From: Nanoarchaeota archaeon SCGC AAA011-D5
Lineage (GTDB): Archaea > Nanobdellota > Nanobdellia > Pacearchaeales > GW2011-AR1
NCBI GenBank assembly: GCA_000405225.1
Contig: ASMP01000002.1
Location: 1,494 to 65,493, forward strand
Length of the DNA stretch: 64,000 nucleotides
Direction: 5' to 3'
Every line of letters starts with the position of its first letter. Within the stretch, counting starts at the first letter, position 1. Position numbers and translations under genes: made by a program. This document shows, piece by piece, positions 1 to 9,622 of the stretch. A model generated the notes under the pieces. The model made no database searches. It worked only from the letters and a program-made list of their open reading frames with translations, and was not told the origin of the DNA.

Positions 1-8
1 TTGTTGAA

Positions 9-278
9 ATGATTGCTAATATGAAAAATTTAGCGGCTTCAAATTTTTTGACTTGTTTATATCATTTAGAGGCAGTGGGATGGAGGTATGCCGGCTTTCA
101 AAGCGATCTTGCAGGAGGAGTGGCTATAGCAAAAAATAGAGACGGATGCTATAACACGGATTCTGGAATAAAAGGAATATTAGCAGCTATTCACTCTAGA
201 GGAAGAGATGAAACAGAGGCTATTAGGCAACCTTTCCTAGAAGACATGGGATATAAAAGAAATCCAAGAGAAGATTGA
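9..278 (+). CDS. hypothetical protein (89 aa; frame is open to the window edge, so possibly 5'-truncated)
   Basis: ORF track only. No recognisable motif. No in-frame stop between nt 3 and the ATG at 9. Confidence 0.3.
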   Translation: MIANMKNLAASNFLTCLYHLEAVGWRYAGFQSDLAGGVAIAKNRDGCYNTDSGIKGILAAIHSRGRDETEAIRQPFLEDMGYKRNPRED

Positions 279-466
279 AAACAATTTCCCTGAAAACCTG
301 CAAAACCCTACTTTTGGTGCAAATCAATTTTTTACCAAAAGGTTTTTAAACCAAAATTTGATATCTTTTATTATTGAAGAGTTATCAAAACTCTGCCTTA
401 CACTCCGCGTTTAATTTCATTACAAAATTAAATTCCCCGTCGATAAACCCCAAAACCATTAAAAAG

Positions 467-679
467 ATGCATATTCTACAGCCCAAACATACTAAACTCA
501 AAGAAAAAGAGGCAGAAGATATTCTCGAAAAACTCAATATTTCTAAGGCACAGCTGCCAAAAATCCTTTCCAGCGACCCTGCGCTTCCTGAAGGATGTTC
601 GGTGGGAGACATTATCAAGATAGAAAGAAAAGACCCTGAAAGCGAGAAGATTAACCTGTATTACAGGGTTGTCGTATAA
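467..679 (+). CDS. rpoH: DNA-directed RNA polymerase subunit H (Rpo5/Rpb5 C-domain homolog), 70 aa
   Basis: Last 70 aa of track ORF 374..679 (which starts at TTG). Sequence MHILQPKHTKLKEKEAEDILEKLNISKAQLPKILSSDPALPEG..GDIIKIERKDP..YYRVVV matches the canonical RpoH pattern. First ATG is at 467. Lies directly upstream of rpoB, as in archaeal rpoH-B-A operons. Confidence 0.85.
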   Translation: MHILQPKHTKLKEKEAEDILEKLNISKAQLPKILSSDPALPEGCSVGDIIKIERKDPESEKINLYYRVVV

Positions 680-769
680 GGTAGTCGAATAAACAGGCTA
701 AAAACCCTACAACAAACAAATGAAAGCAAATCAAAAATTTCCATTCATTTGCCATAGGAGATATGTCAA

Positions 770-3700
770 ATGAAGGCTGAAAAACATCTCATCGTGAAAA
801 AGTACCTGGAAGAGCATTCCCTCGTGGAGAGCAATATAATTTCTTTCAACAACTTCATAGAAAAGAGGATGCAGGAAATCGTCAACGAGATAGCTGAAAC
901 AATCAACAACGAAGATTTCGAGATAACCCTTGGAAGAATAGAACTCGGAAAGCCAAAAGTCATAGAAGCTGACGGAAGCTCTTCACTGATAACTCCGCAC
1001 GAGGCGAAGTTAAGAAACCTAACATATTCTGCCCCAATAACCCTTGAGTTAACGGTGAAAAAAGACGACCAGGTGGATTCGGAAACAGTAGAGATAGGAA
1101 AAATTCCAATAATGGTGAGGAGCAAGCTGTGCAATACTTATGGAATGTCCCGTGAACAGTTGATTGAGACCTATCACGATCCCTTAGACCCTGGCGGATA
1201 TTTCATAATTAAGGGTAATGAGAGAGTCATGGTCATGGCAGAAGACCTGGCGGAAAACCAGCCTTTCATAGAAACGAACTCAAAAGACGAACTCACGCTG
1301 AAGCTTTTCTCTTCCAAAGGAACCTACAGAATTCCTGTTCTCATTTCGGAAAGCAAAGAAGGAATAATAGAAGTTTCTTTCAGCAAATTCAAGGATATTC
1401 CTGCGATTGTCATCCTAAAAACCCTTGGTCTTATAAAAGAGTCTGATATTGCAAAATATATAGGAAAAGAAACAGATTCTGTAATAGTAAACCTCTACGA
1501 ATTTGCAAACATAGCCACAAAGGAAGACGCTATGCTTTACATCTCTGAAAAAACAAACCTGCAAGGCACTAAAAAAGAAATCCTCGACCGTGTCAAGCAG
1601 AGGATAGACTCTTACCTTTTTCCGCATATAAGCCAGAAAAAAGAGGACAGGCTGAAAAAAGCCATTACCCTCTGCAAGCTGATAAAGCAGTTCCTGATTG
1701 CAAAAGAAAATCCAAAACTGCGAACAGATAAAGACCATTATGCAAACAAGAGGGTGAGGCTTTCAGGAGATTTATTGGCCACGCTGTTTAGAGTCAATCT
1801 CGGAATCCTGATAAGAGACATACAGTATTCGCTGCAAAAATCGGCAAAAAGAAAAAAATTTTTCTCCATAAAGATAATAGCAAAATCCACCCTTTTCTCC
1901 CATCGTGTTGAAAGCGCAATTGCCACAGGAAGCTGGACAGGGGAACGTTCCGGAATAACACAGAACATGGACAAGACAAATTATCTGGCAATTATTTCAC
2001 AGCTTCAGAGAGTTTCCAGCATGCTTCCCAGTGACCAGGAAAATTTCGCTGCGAGAACATTGCATCCTACGCATTATGGAAGATTTTGCCCTATTGAAAC
2101 CCCTGAAGGAACAGAAATAGGGTTGCGAAAAAATCTCGCAATTTTAAGCCGAGTCTCTACCAGAACCGACTTGGATGAAGAAAAATTCCTGAAAGACCTG
2201 ATTGTCCAGGGACTTCATGGAATGGAAACCGGGGAAAAGGGCACAGAGGTTTTTTTTAACGGCATATTCATAGGCTCTATAAAAAATCCCATGGAGTTTA
2301 CGAGAAGCATAAGGGAGAAGAGGAGACGCTCAGAACTCCCTATACAGATGAATATAAGATATGACGAGAATTTTCAGATAATAACAATTTCGACAGAACC
2401 CGGCCGTGTTTTGAGGCCTTTGATAATTATTGATAACGGGATTTCTAAACTGAAAAACGAGCACCTTCTCAGGATTGAACAGGGGGAAATCGGCTGGAAA
2501 GACATTGTAAAAGAAGGAATCATAGAATATCTGGATGCTGCGGAAGAGGAAGAAGCACTTGTAGCACTATATGAAAACGAGTTAACTCCAGAACATACTC
2601 ACCTGGAAATAGATCCTACAGATGTGTTTGGGGTTGTTACTTCACTTGTTCCTTATTCAAATCATGACCAAAGCTCGAGGCTTAACCGTGGCTCAAAAAC
2701 CCAAAAACAGGCCCTTGGATTGTATGCTGCAAATTACCTGGCAAGGATTGATACAGATGTCTCTGTCCTTCAATATCCGCAGAAACCAATAGTCAGAAGT
2801 TTTATTTACGATACTCTGCAGGCATATCCTGCAGGCCAGAACCTTGTTGTTGCGGTAATGACCTATGAGGGTTATAATATGGAAGATGCTCTTGTCTTCA
2901 ATAAGGGAAGCCTTGAAAGAGGCGTGGGTCGCAGCTTTTATTTCAGGCCTTACAGCGCAATAGAGATGAATTATGCAGGCGGTCTGAAGGATGAAATAAC
3001 TATTCCAGATAAAGACGCTTCTGGTTATAAGACAGAGGCAAGTTACAGGCATCTGGAATCTGACGGAATAGTTTATCCTGAAGCAGAAATAGGGGAAGGA
3101 GAGGTAATGATAGGAAAAGTTTCTCCTCCAAAGTTCCTTTCTGAAGCCAGAGAAATATCCATAAGAACAAAGAAAGAGTCCAGCGTTTCAATGAAGCAGG
3201 AAGAGAAAGGAGTCGTTGAGGGCGTTCTCGTGACAGAAGACGATGATGGCAACAAAATAGTCCAGGTAAAAACCAGAGATCAAAGAATTCCTGAACTTGG
3301 GGACAAGTTTGCAACCTCTCACGGACAGAAAGGAGTCATAGGGCTTATTGTTGATGAGGAAGATGTTCCCTTCACTTCCAAGGGAATCAGGCCAGACGTG
3401 ATTTTTAATCCTCACGGACTTCCGAGCAGAATGACCGTAGGCTATCTTCTTGAATTGCTTGCGGGAAAAGTCGGGTGCCTAAAAGGAGAGGTAATGGACG
3501 GAACGGCTTTTTCAGGTGCTGACAAAAAAGAACTGGAAGAGCAATTGCAAGAGCTCGGATTCAGATATGATGGAAAGGAAACCATGTACTCGGGTGTAAC
3601 AGGGCAAAAAATGCAGGCAAAAATATTCGTCGGAAATCTCTATTACCTAAAGCTCAAATACATGGTTGGCAACAAGCTTCACGGAAGAGCTTCTGGTAAA

Positions 3701-4030
3701 ATTGCGCTCTTGACCAGGCAGCCTGTTGAAGGAAGGGCGAGGGGCGGAGCGTTAAGACTCGGAGAAATGGAACAGCAGGCAATAGTTGCACACGGCGCTT
3801 CCCTGCTTTTGAAAGAGAGATATGATTCGGACAAAGTTCTTCTTCATGTGTGCACGAGGTGCGGCGCTTTGGCAACAGAAGACAACATAAGAAACAAGAC
3901 CGTTTGCCCTCTCTGCAATTCAGAAGAAGTGGAAAGTGTGGAAATTTCCTATGCCTTCAAGCTCCTGATAGAAGAACTCCAGGGACTGCATATTCATACA
4001 ACCTTCGGACTAAAAAACAAATACGAATAA
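770..4030 (+). CDS. rpoB: DNA-directed RNA polymerase subunit B, unsplit (1086 aa)
   Basis: Full-length Rpo2/RpoB motifs: GRFCPIETPEG, GDKFATSHGQKGV, NPHGLPSRMTVG, GEMEQQAIVAHGA. C-terminal zinc ribbon CTRCG..CPLC. Confidence 0.97.
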   Translation: MKAEKHLIVKKYLEEHSLVESNIISFNNFIEKRMQEIVNEIAETINNEDFEITLGRIELGKPKVIEADGSSSLITPHEAKLRNLTYSAPITLELTVKKDDQVDSETVEIGKIPIMVRSKLCNTYGMSREQLIETYHDPLDPGGYFIIKGNERVMVMAEDLAENQPFIETNSKDELTLKLFSSKGTYRIPVLISESKEGIIEVSFSKFKDIPAIVILKTLGLIKESDIAKYIGKETDSVIVNLYEFANIATKEDAMLYISEKTNLQGTKKEILDRVKQRIDSYLFPHISQKKEDRLKKAITLCKLIKQFLIAKENPKLRTDKDHYANKRVRLSGDLLATLFRVNLGILIRDIQYSLQKSAKRKKFFSIKIIAKSTLFSHRVESAIATGSWTGERSGITQNMDKTNYLAIISQLQRVSSMLPSDQENFAARTLHPTHYGRFCPIETPEGTEIGLRKNLAILSRVSTRTDLDEEKFLKDLIVQGLHGMETGEKGTEVFFNGIFIGSIKNPMEFTRSIREKRRRSELPIQMNIRYDENFQIITISTEPGRVLRPLIIIDNGISKLKNEHLLRIEQGEIGWKDIVKEGIIEYLDAAEEEEALVALYENELTPEHTHLEIDPTDVFGVVTSLVPYSNHDQSSRLNRGSKTQKQALGLYAANYLARIDTDVSVLQYPQKPIVRSFIYDTLQAYPAGQNLVVAVMTYEGYNMEDALVFNKGSLERGVGRSFYFRPYSAIEMNYAGGLKDEITIPDKDASGYKTEASYRHLESDGIVYPEAEIGEGEVMIGKVSPPKFLSEAREISIRTKKESSVSMKQEEKGVVEGVLVTEDDDGNKIVQVKTRDQRIPELGDKFATSHGQKGVIGLIVDEEDVPFTSKGIRPDVIFNPHGLPSRMTVGYLLELLAGKVGCLKGEVMDGTAFSGADKKELEEQLQELGFRYDGKETMYSGVTGQKMQAKIFVGNLYYLKLKYMVGNKLHGRASGKIALLTRQPVEGRARGGALRLGEMEQQAIVAHGASLLLKERYDSDKVLLHVCTRCGALATEDNIRNKTVCPLCNSEEVESVEISYAFKLLIEELQGLHIHTTFGLKNKYE

Positions 4031-4031
4031 A

Positions 4032-4277
4032 ATGGGACAAATAAATTTAATTAATATAATAAGCAACAGATTTGATGGACGTATTAAATCTTTTACAGAA
4101 TTATGTTCAAACTGTAAGTTTTATAAAAAGATTAATGGCGAGGATAGATGCTATTGGGGAGTTGCATATAAGGTATTGGACACTATAATAACATTGTCAT
4201 TTTGCCAATTGATAAAAAAGCCAAGCCCAAGATTAGAAATATTAAACTCAAGATCTAAAGTACTTGAAAATATATAA
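4032..4277 (+). CDS. hypothetical small Cys-containing protein (81 aa) in the rpoB-rpoA spacer
   Basis: ORF starts 1 nt after the rpoB stop. Very AT-rich. Contains CSNC plus two more Cys. No recognisable family. Confidence 0.3.
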   Translation: MGQINLINIISNRFDGRIKSFTELCSNCKFYKKINGEDRCYWGVAYKVLDTIITLSFCQLIKKPSPRLEILNSRSKVLENI

Positions 4278-4303
4278 AAAATCAAAACGAAAAAAACAAG
4301 AAA

Positions 4304-7300
4304 ATGCAAAAACCGATAAGAAAAAAAATTAAGGAGATAAGCTTCTCTTTGCTTAGTCCGGAGAAGATAAAAAAGCTCTCTTTTGCAAAGATTGTAACTC
4401 CAGAGCTCTATGACATTGATGGTTATCCTGTTGATGGCGGATTGATGGATTTAAGGCTCGGAGCCATAGACCCTGGGGTGAGATGCCGTACTTGCGGTGG
4501 GCGTTTAAAGGAATGCCTTGGACACTCTGGAAGCATAGACCTCGCGCGCTCCGTAATCCATCTCAAATATGTTCCCATGATTGAACTTGGACTGAGGTGC
4601 TTCTGCCAAAAATGCGGAAAATTACTGCTTTCTGAAAAAGACGAAGGAAAATACCCGCCAAGCATGAGAATCAAGAAATCAAAGGACGTGAAAAAATGCT
4701 TTTATTGCAATACTGCCCAGGAAAAAATAAAACTGGACAAGCCAACGACCTTCTACAGGGGGAAGGCCAGAATCTCTCCGACAGAAATAAGGGACTCTCT
4801 GGTAAATATTCCCGATGAGGAACTGAAAAAGATAGGGATAAATCCGCACTATTTCAGGCCAGAATGGGCTGTGCTCACTATTCTTCTCGTTCCTCCTGTC
4901 ACAGTGAGGCCTTCTATAATTCTGGAATCAGGAGAGAGGAGCGAAGATGATTTGACGCATAAGCTTTCAGACATAATAAGGGCTAACCAAAGGCTATGGG
5001 AAAATCTCAATGCCGGAGCTCCAGAGGTCATCATAGAAGACCTTTGGGATTTACTCCAGTTCCATATAACTACTTTCTTTGACAATACTGTTACTAGAAT
5101 TCCACCTGCAAGGCACAGAAGCGGGCAGCCATTGAAAACGATCACAGAGAGGATAAAGGGCAAGGAGGGAAGGATAAGAAAAAACCTTGCCGGAAAAAGA
5201 GTGAACTATTCAGGAAGAACTGTTATTTCTCCTGATCCGGCTATGCAGATCAATGAAGTAGGAGTTCCTTACGAAATCGCAAAAGTCGTGACTGTTTCAG
5301 AAAGCGTGAATGATCTGAACATGGAAAGACTGAAAAAAATTATAGAACGCGGAGAGGAATATCCTGGAGCAAATTATGTCGTAAGGCCTGATGGGAAAAG
5401 AAAAAAAATAACTCCTGAACTCAAGGAAGAGATAATCAACGAGCTTGTTCCGGGATACAGGGTGGAAAGACATATGGAAAACGGCGACATAGTCCTTTTC
5501 AACAGGCATCCTAGCCTCCACAGGGGAAGCCTGATGGCTCACTATGTAAAAATCCTTCCTGGAAGAACTTTCAGGCTGCATCCTGCGGCTAAAACACCCT
5601 ACAATGCCGACTTCGACGGTGATGAGATGAACATTCATAGTCCGCAGACAGAAGAGGCAAGGGCTGAGGCAAAGATTCTGCTGGAAGTGAAAAAAAACCT
5701 GATTTCCCCGAAGAACAACACGAATTGGATAGGATGCATCAGTGATGCCATAACAGGGGGATATCTCCTCGGACTGGACGAATTTTCAAGGGAAGAGGCG
5801 AACCAGCTTCTTTATAGCTCAGGAGTGGACAGGGAGATTTCAAAGAAAACCGTTTCGGGAACAGAGGTTTTTTCAAAGGCGCTTCCAAAGATAGACTTCT
5901 CAGGGGAATCTGTAAAGATAAAGGAAGGGGAAATAATAAAGGGAATTCCCGATAAAAGTCTTTTCGGCGATGAAGAAGGGTTGCTGATAAAAGAGATAGA
6001 CAGGAAATTTGGAAGAAACATCGCTTTTGATACCATAAGAAAAGTGTTCAACCTCGGAAAAAATTACCTGACAAAAAGAGGGATAACTATCTCTCTTGAC
6101 GATTTCGACGTGGAGCAGAAAATCATTGATATTTCTGAAGAAATAGTGAAAAGAGCAGAGGAAAAAACAAAAGAAATAATAGAAGAATACAACAGGGGAA
6201 CTCTTGAGGTCATTCGGGGAAAAACTCCTGAAGAGTCCAGGGAAATAAAAATCCTAAAGATTCTCAATGAAGTCAGGACAAAGATAGGTGAGACTGTAAA
6301 ATCCGAATTTCCAGAGGAAAATCCTGTCACGCACATGATAAGGTCAGGCGGGGGAGGAAATATGCTCAATATAACCCAAATGGCCTGCTGTGTTGGCCAG
6401 CAGGACCTCGAGGGAAAAAGGATAGACATAGGATTCAACGATAGAACTCTTTCCTTCTTCAAAAGAGGCGATTTGAGCCCGAAGGCAAAGGGTTTCATAA
6501 GAAGTGCATTTATGAAAGGGCTTAGGCCTGAGGAATTTTTCTTCCAGGCAATAACTGGAAGATCTTCTCTGATGGACACTGCCCTGAGAACTCCCAAGTC
6601 AGGATATCTGTATAGAAGGCTGGCAAATGCGCTCCAAGACCTGAGGAGAGAATATGACGGAACGATAAGGGACAGCAACAATAACATAATCCAGTTCATT
6701 TATGGGGACGACGGAATGGACGTATCCCAATTGCACTTAGGAGGAAAACTTGAGGCCGGGGAGGCCATAGGAATAATCACTGCACAGAGTTTCGGGGAAC
6801 CTTCAACGCAGATGGTGCTTAGAACTTTCCACTTCGCGGGTGTTTCTGAGATGCAGGTTACTCAGGGACTGCCAAGACTTATCGAAATTTTTGACGCAAG
6901 AAAAAAACCAAGCTCCCCTAAAATGGAAATTTATCTGAAAAAAGAGTATAATAATGAAAAAGACGCCAAGATCTTTGCGGAAAAAATCAAAGAAATAACA
7001 GTAAAAGATATAGCCTCTGAGATAAGCATAGATTTCTCTGATAAAAAAATAGAGATAAAGATAGACAAAGAGGGTTTGCGGCAAAGCCATTCTTCCCTTA
7101 AAAAAGTGACTGACAAGTTAAAGGAACTTGGTTTTTCCAGCAGGGAAAAAACAGATTTAATATCTGTAAATGCTTCAGAGATGAGTTTTAAGGATGTCTA
7201 TAAACTAAAAGAAAAGTTAAAGAAGACGGTAATTTCGGGGGTAAAGGGAGTAAAACAGATTCTCATAGTAAAGAGGGATAATGATTATGTGGTCATTACC

Positions 7301-7792
7301 CTTGGAACAAATCTCAGGAAAATTCTCGAGATGAAGGAAGTAAATCCGCAAAAGATTATTTCAAACGATCTCCACGAGGTTACAGATGTTTTTGGCATCG
7401 AGGCCGCAAGACAGCTTATAATAGAAGAGATTCAGCAGGTTCTGAATACACAGGGGCTTGATATAGACAAGAGGCACCTGAAGCTTGTTGCAGATGCAAT
7501 GACAAATACAGGAGAAGTGAAAGGAGTTACAAGGATAGGAATAATAGCCCAAAAATCATCAATCCTCGCAAGAGCAACTTTCGAAACTCCTGTAAAACAA
7601 TTCGTGAATGCTACTATAAAAGGAAACAAAGACCAGCTTACAAGTGTTATAGAAAATGTCATTCTCAACCAGCCGGTTCCTGTGGGAACAGGTCTCCCTG
7701 GCTTGCTCGTAAAGGTTGTTGGCCCCCTTATAAAAAAAGAGTCGCAGAAAAAGCCAGCTGAAGCAAAGATTGTTGAAGAAGTAAACAGGTAA
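4304..7792 (+). CDS. rpoA: DNA-directed RNA polymerase subunit A, with A' and A'' portions in one ORF (1162 aa)
   Basis: N-terminal Zn sites CRTCGG..C.GH and CQKCG..CFYC. Catalytic NADFDGDEMN. Trigger-loop region GEPSTQMVLRTFHFAGV and LPRLIEIFDARK (normally at the start of A'') follow IQFIYGDDGMD (normally near the end of A') with no stop in between. Confidence 0.95.
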   Translation: MQKPIRKKIKEISFSLLSPEKIKKLSFAKIVTPELYDIDGYPVDGGLMDLRLGAIDPGVRCRTCGGRLKECLGHSGSIDLARSVIHLKYVPMIELGLRCFCQKCGKLLLSEKDEGKYPPSMRIKKSKDVKKCFYCNTAQEKIKLDKPTTFYRGKARISPTEIRDSLVNIPDEELKKIGINPHYFRPEWAVLTILLVPPVTVRPSIILESGERSEDDLTHKLSDIIRANQRLWENLNAGAPEVIIEDLWDLLQFHITTFFDNTVTRIPPARHRSGQPLKTITERIKGKEGRIRKNLAGKRVNYSGRTVISPDPAMQINEVGVPYEIAKVVTVSESVNDLNMERLKKIIERGEEYPGANYVVRPDGKRKKITPELKEEIINELVPGYRVERHMENGDIVLFNRHPSLHRGSLMAHYVKILPGRTFRLHPAAKTPYNADFDGDEMNIHSPQTEEARAEAKILLEVKKNLISPKNNTNWIGCISDAITGGYLLGLDEFSREEANQLLYSSGVDREISKKTVSGTEVFSKALPKIDFSGESVKIKEGEIIKGIPDKSLFGDEEGLLIKEIDRKFGRNIAFDTIRKVFNLGKNYLTKRGITISLDDFDVEQKIIDISEEIVKRAEEKTKEIIEEYNRGTLEVIRGKTPEESREIKILKILNEVRTKIGETVKSEFPEENPVTHMIRSGGGGNMLNITQMACCVGQQDLEGKRIDIGFNDRTLSFFKRGDLSPKAKGFIRSAFMKGLRPEEFFFQAITGRSSLMDTALRTPKSGYLYRRLANALQDLRREYDGTIRDSNNNIIQFIYGDDGMDVSQLHLGGKLEAGEAIGIITAQSFGEPSTQMVLRTFHFAGVSEMQVTQGLPRLIEIFDARKKPSSPKMEIYLKKEYNNEKDAKIFAEKIKEITVKDIASEISIDFSDKKIEIKIDKEGLRQSHSSLKKVTDKLKELGFSSREKTDLISVNASEMSFKDVYKLKEKLKKTVISGVKGVKQILIVKRDNDYVVITLGTNLRKILEMKEVNPQKIISNDLHEVTDVFGIEAARQLIIEEIQQVLNTQGLDIDKRHLKLVADAMTNTGEVKGVTRIGIIAQKSSILARATFETPVKQFVNATIKGNKDQLTSVIENVILNQPVPVGTGLPGLLVKVVGPLIKKESQKKPAEAKIVEEVNR

Positions 7793-7871
7793 CTCCACAA
7801 AGATAAATAAAGAAATTACATAAATTTATAAAATAATTCTAATTCGCTTCATATAATACACAACAAAGAAA

Positions 7872-8285
7872 ATGGCCAACACCATAGACATGCAGGATTT
7901 GCGTTATCTGAATTTATTCGAGACAATAATGGGGGTAAGAACCCGCTTCTGTTTTAGATACAACGACGCAATAATTTTTTCTGTGCCAAGGGAATTTGTT
8001 GCAAAATCCATCGGTGAAAATGGGAGAAATGTGAGAAAGATGTCTGAAATCCTGGGAAAAAGAATAAGGGTGATTGCATCCCCCCGTGGATTGCATGATG
8101 CAGAAAATTTCATAAGAGCCCTTGTTGCCCCCCTAACAATAAAAAGCCTTGAAATCACAGACAACGAACTCATTGTCGGCGGAGGAGCAAACAAGGCAGC
8201 TCTCATAGGCAGGAATAAGCGCAGGTTTCTGGAAATGCAGAAAATTGTGAAGGATTTTTTCGGGAAGGAGTTTAGGATTGCTTAG
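7872..8285 (+). CDS. nusA: archaeal NusA-like transcription termination factor (two KH domains), 137 aa
   Basis: KH GxxG-type motif IGENGRNVRKMSEILGKRIRVI. Size and position between rpoA and rps12 are typical of archaeal nusA. Confidence 0.8.
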   Translation: MANTIDMQDLRYLNLFETIMGVRTRFCFRYNDAIIFSVPREFVAKSIGENGRNVRKMSEILGKRIRVIASPRGLHDAENFIRALVAPLTIKSLEITDNELIVGGGANKAALIGRNKRRFLEMQKIVKDFFGKEFRIA

Positions 8286-8653
8286 GCATGTAGCTTGTCC
8301 AAATAGGTTTCAACACGTATTTCTAATTTGGTATCAAAAACAGCTCCTCCACAGTACTCTCGATTTTGCAACCTTCTTATTCCCCTATTACTAATGTATA
8401 CTGGTATTGGCGGATTGTTAAAATGCGACACAACATCCCTGCCGTCAAGACAGTCATAAGTTTGATCAGGCTCATAAACAAGCTGGACTTTAGTGTCTTT
8501 AAGAGGATCTTTGGGATGATATGTTTCAAGTTTAGAGGTAAGGGCAACTTTTTTTTCAGGCAAGCTTTCTTTAAGCAATCTTTCCAATTGCGATAATTCT
8601 TCATTTGTTATGATTAAGTGAATATCATTGTTACCTAATCTCTTAGATTTCAT
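8282..8653 (-). CDS. hypothetical protein (123 aa), opposite strand inside the rpo/r-protein cluster
   Basis: Long ORF in an otherwise non-coding gap, with a 4-nt overlap with the nusA stop. No recognisable motif. Confidence 0.4.
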   Translation of the reverse strand: MKSKRLGNNDIHLIITNEELSQLERLLKESLPEKKVALTSKLETYHPKDPLKDTKVQLVYEPDQTYDCLDGRDVVSHFNNPPIPVYISNRGIRRLQNREYCGGAVFDTKLEIRVETYLDKLHA

Positions 8654-8750
8654 AAAAAAACCAATCTAATAAGACTATATAAAATTTATCAATATTCAGG
8701 AGGTATATTTCTCTGAAAACATTTTTAAACTAATTTCAGCACTTAGTTTT

Positions 8751-8957
8751 ATGGTAAAAATAGAATTAAATTTTCCGGCAAGATTCAGCGGAGACTTAGA
8801 AAGGTATCACATATGGAATGTTAATAGTGCTATAAGAGCTTGTGTAAGAAGGCCTAATGAGTATGAGATTACGTTAATGGTTTATATGATACACCGGAAA
8901 GCTTTAGAGAGATTTGGATACGATCCAAAAAACTTGCTAAAGGAGATGAAGAATTAG
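8751..8957 (+). CDS. hypothetical protein (68 aa)
   Basis: ORF track only. No motif. Confidence 0.3.
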   Translation: MVKIELNFPARFSGDLERYHIWNVNSAIRACVRRPNEYEITLMVYMIHRKALERFGYDPKNLLKEMKN

Positions 8958-8998
8958 TAAAAGGAATAGAAAGGAGAGTTAAAGCAATTTTGAATTAA

Positions 8999-9421
8999 AT
9001 GGGACTAAAAAACGCGTTAAAGTTCAAAAAGAACAGGAAGAAATTCAGATGGAGCGACAGGAAATATAAAGCGAAAGCTCTTAACCTTTATTCCAAGTCA
9101 GACCCGCTGGAAGGAGCAAGCCAGGCCAAGGGAATTGTTCTTCAAAAAATTCAGAAAGAGGCTAAGCAGCCGAACTCTGCAATGAGAAAATGCTGCAAAG
9201 TCCAGCTGAAAAAAAACAGCAAGATAGTAACCGCCTTTATCCCTGGAAATCTCGCACAAAGATTCATAGACGAGCACGACGAGGTTTTGATTGAAAGAAT
9301 AGGGGGAAAGCAGGGAAGAACAAAAGGGGACATTCCCGGCGTCAGATTTCAGGTTATTCAGGTAAATGACCAGCCGCTTCATCTCCTGTGGCTTGGAAAG
9401 ATAGAGAAGGGTAGGAGATAA
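8999..9421 (+). CDS. rps12: 30S ribosomal protein uS12 (S12P)
   Basis: [15 protein letters not shown] and [11 protein letters not shown] motifs. 140 aa. Confidence 0.92.
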   Translation: MGLKNALKFKKNRKKFRWSDRKYKAKALNLYSKSDPLEGASQAKGIVLQKIQKEAKQPNSAMRKCCKVQLKKNSKIVTAFIPGNLAQRFIDEHDEVLIERIGGKQGRTKGDIPGVRFQVIQVNDQPLHLLWLGKIEKGRR

Positions 9422-9622
9422 TGAAAGAAAAAATTGTAAACAATTTTCCTTGCGTTGGTTTTTTAACAAAAACGCACCGGAAGGGTAGAAGATGATGAAA
9501 CAAGAATTTAAATGTAAATATAATGTTCAATGATTAAAATGTTAATGTCAGTAAAATCAAATTTATTAATTATTAGCAATAGGAATTATCAGATAACTAA
9601 ATTTTGGATAATATTTTAAAAA

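Noticed and set aside
770-4030. Unsplit rpoB considered as an anomaly.
   Set aside because: A single-ORF RpoB is common in many archaeal lineages. The B'/B'' split is restricted to some euryarchaeal groups, so this is not unusual on its own.
6064-6699. Long antisense ORFs inside well-supported genes. Examples: 6064-6699(-) in rpoA, 9751-10236(-) in rps7, 13672-14091(-) in tuf, 18468-18920(-) in dnaG, 19257-19688(-) in the surface protein, 21130-21480(+) opposite pcm, 37715-38032(+) opposite argS, 59646-60215(-) in 59224.
   Set aside because: Each lies entirely within, and antisense to, a gene with strong motif support. Their translations are low-complexity or Ser/Leu/Phe-rich, as expected from reverse frames of coding DNA. 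No independent evidence supports them.
9422-9622. Possible C/D-box sRNA in the unusually long rps12-rps7 spacer (ATGATGA at ~9491).
   Set aside because: No D box (CTGA) and no C'/D' pair are found at the required 12-nt guide spacing on either strand. The C-box-like heptamer alone is expected by chance in AT-rich DNA.
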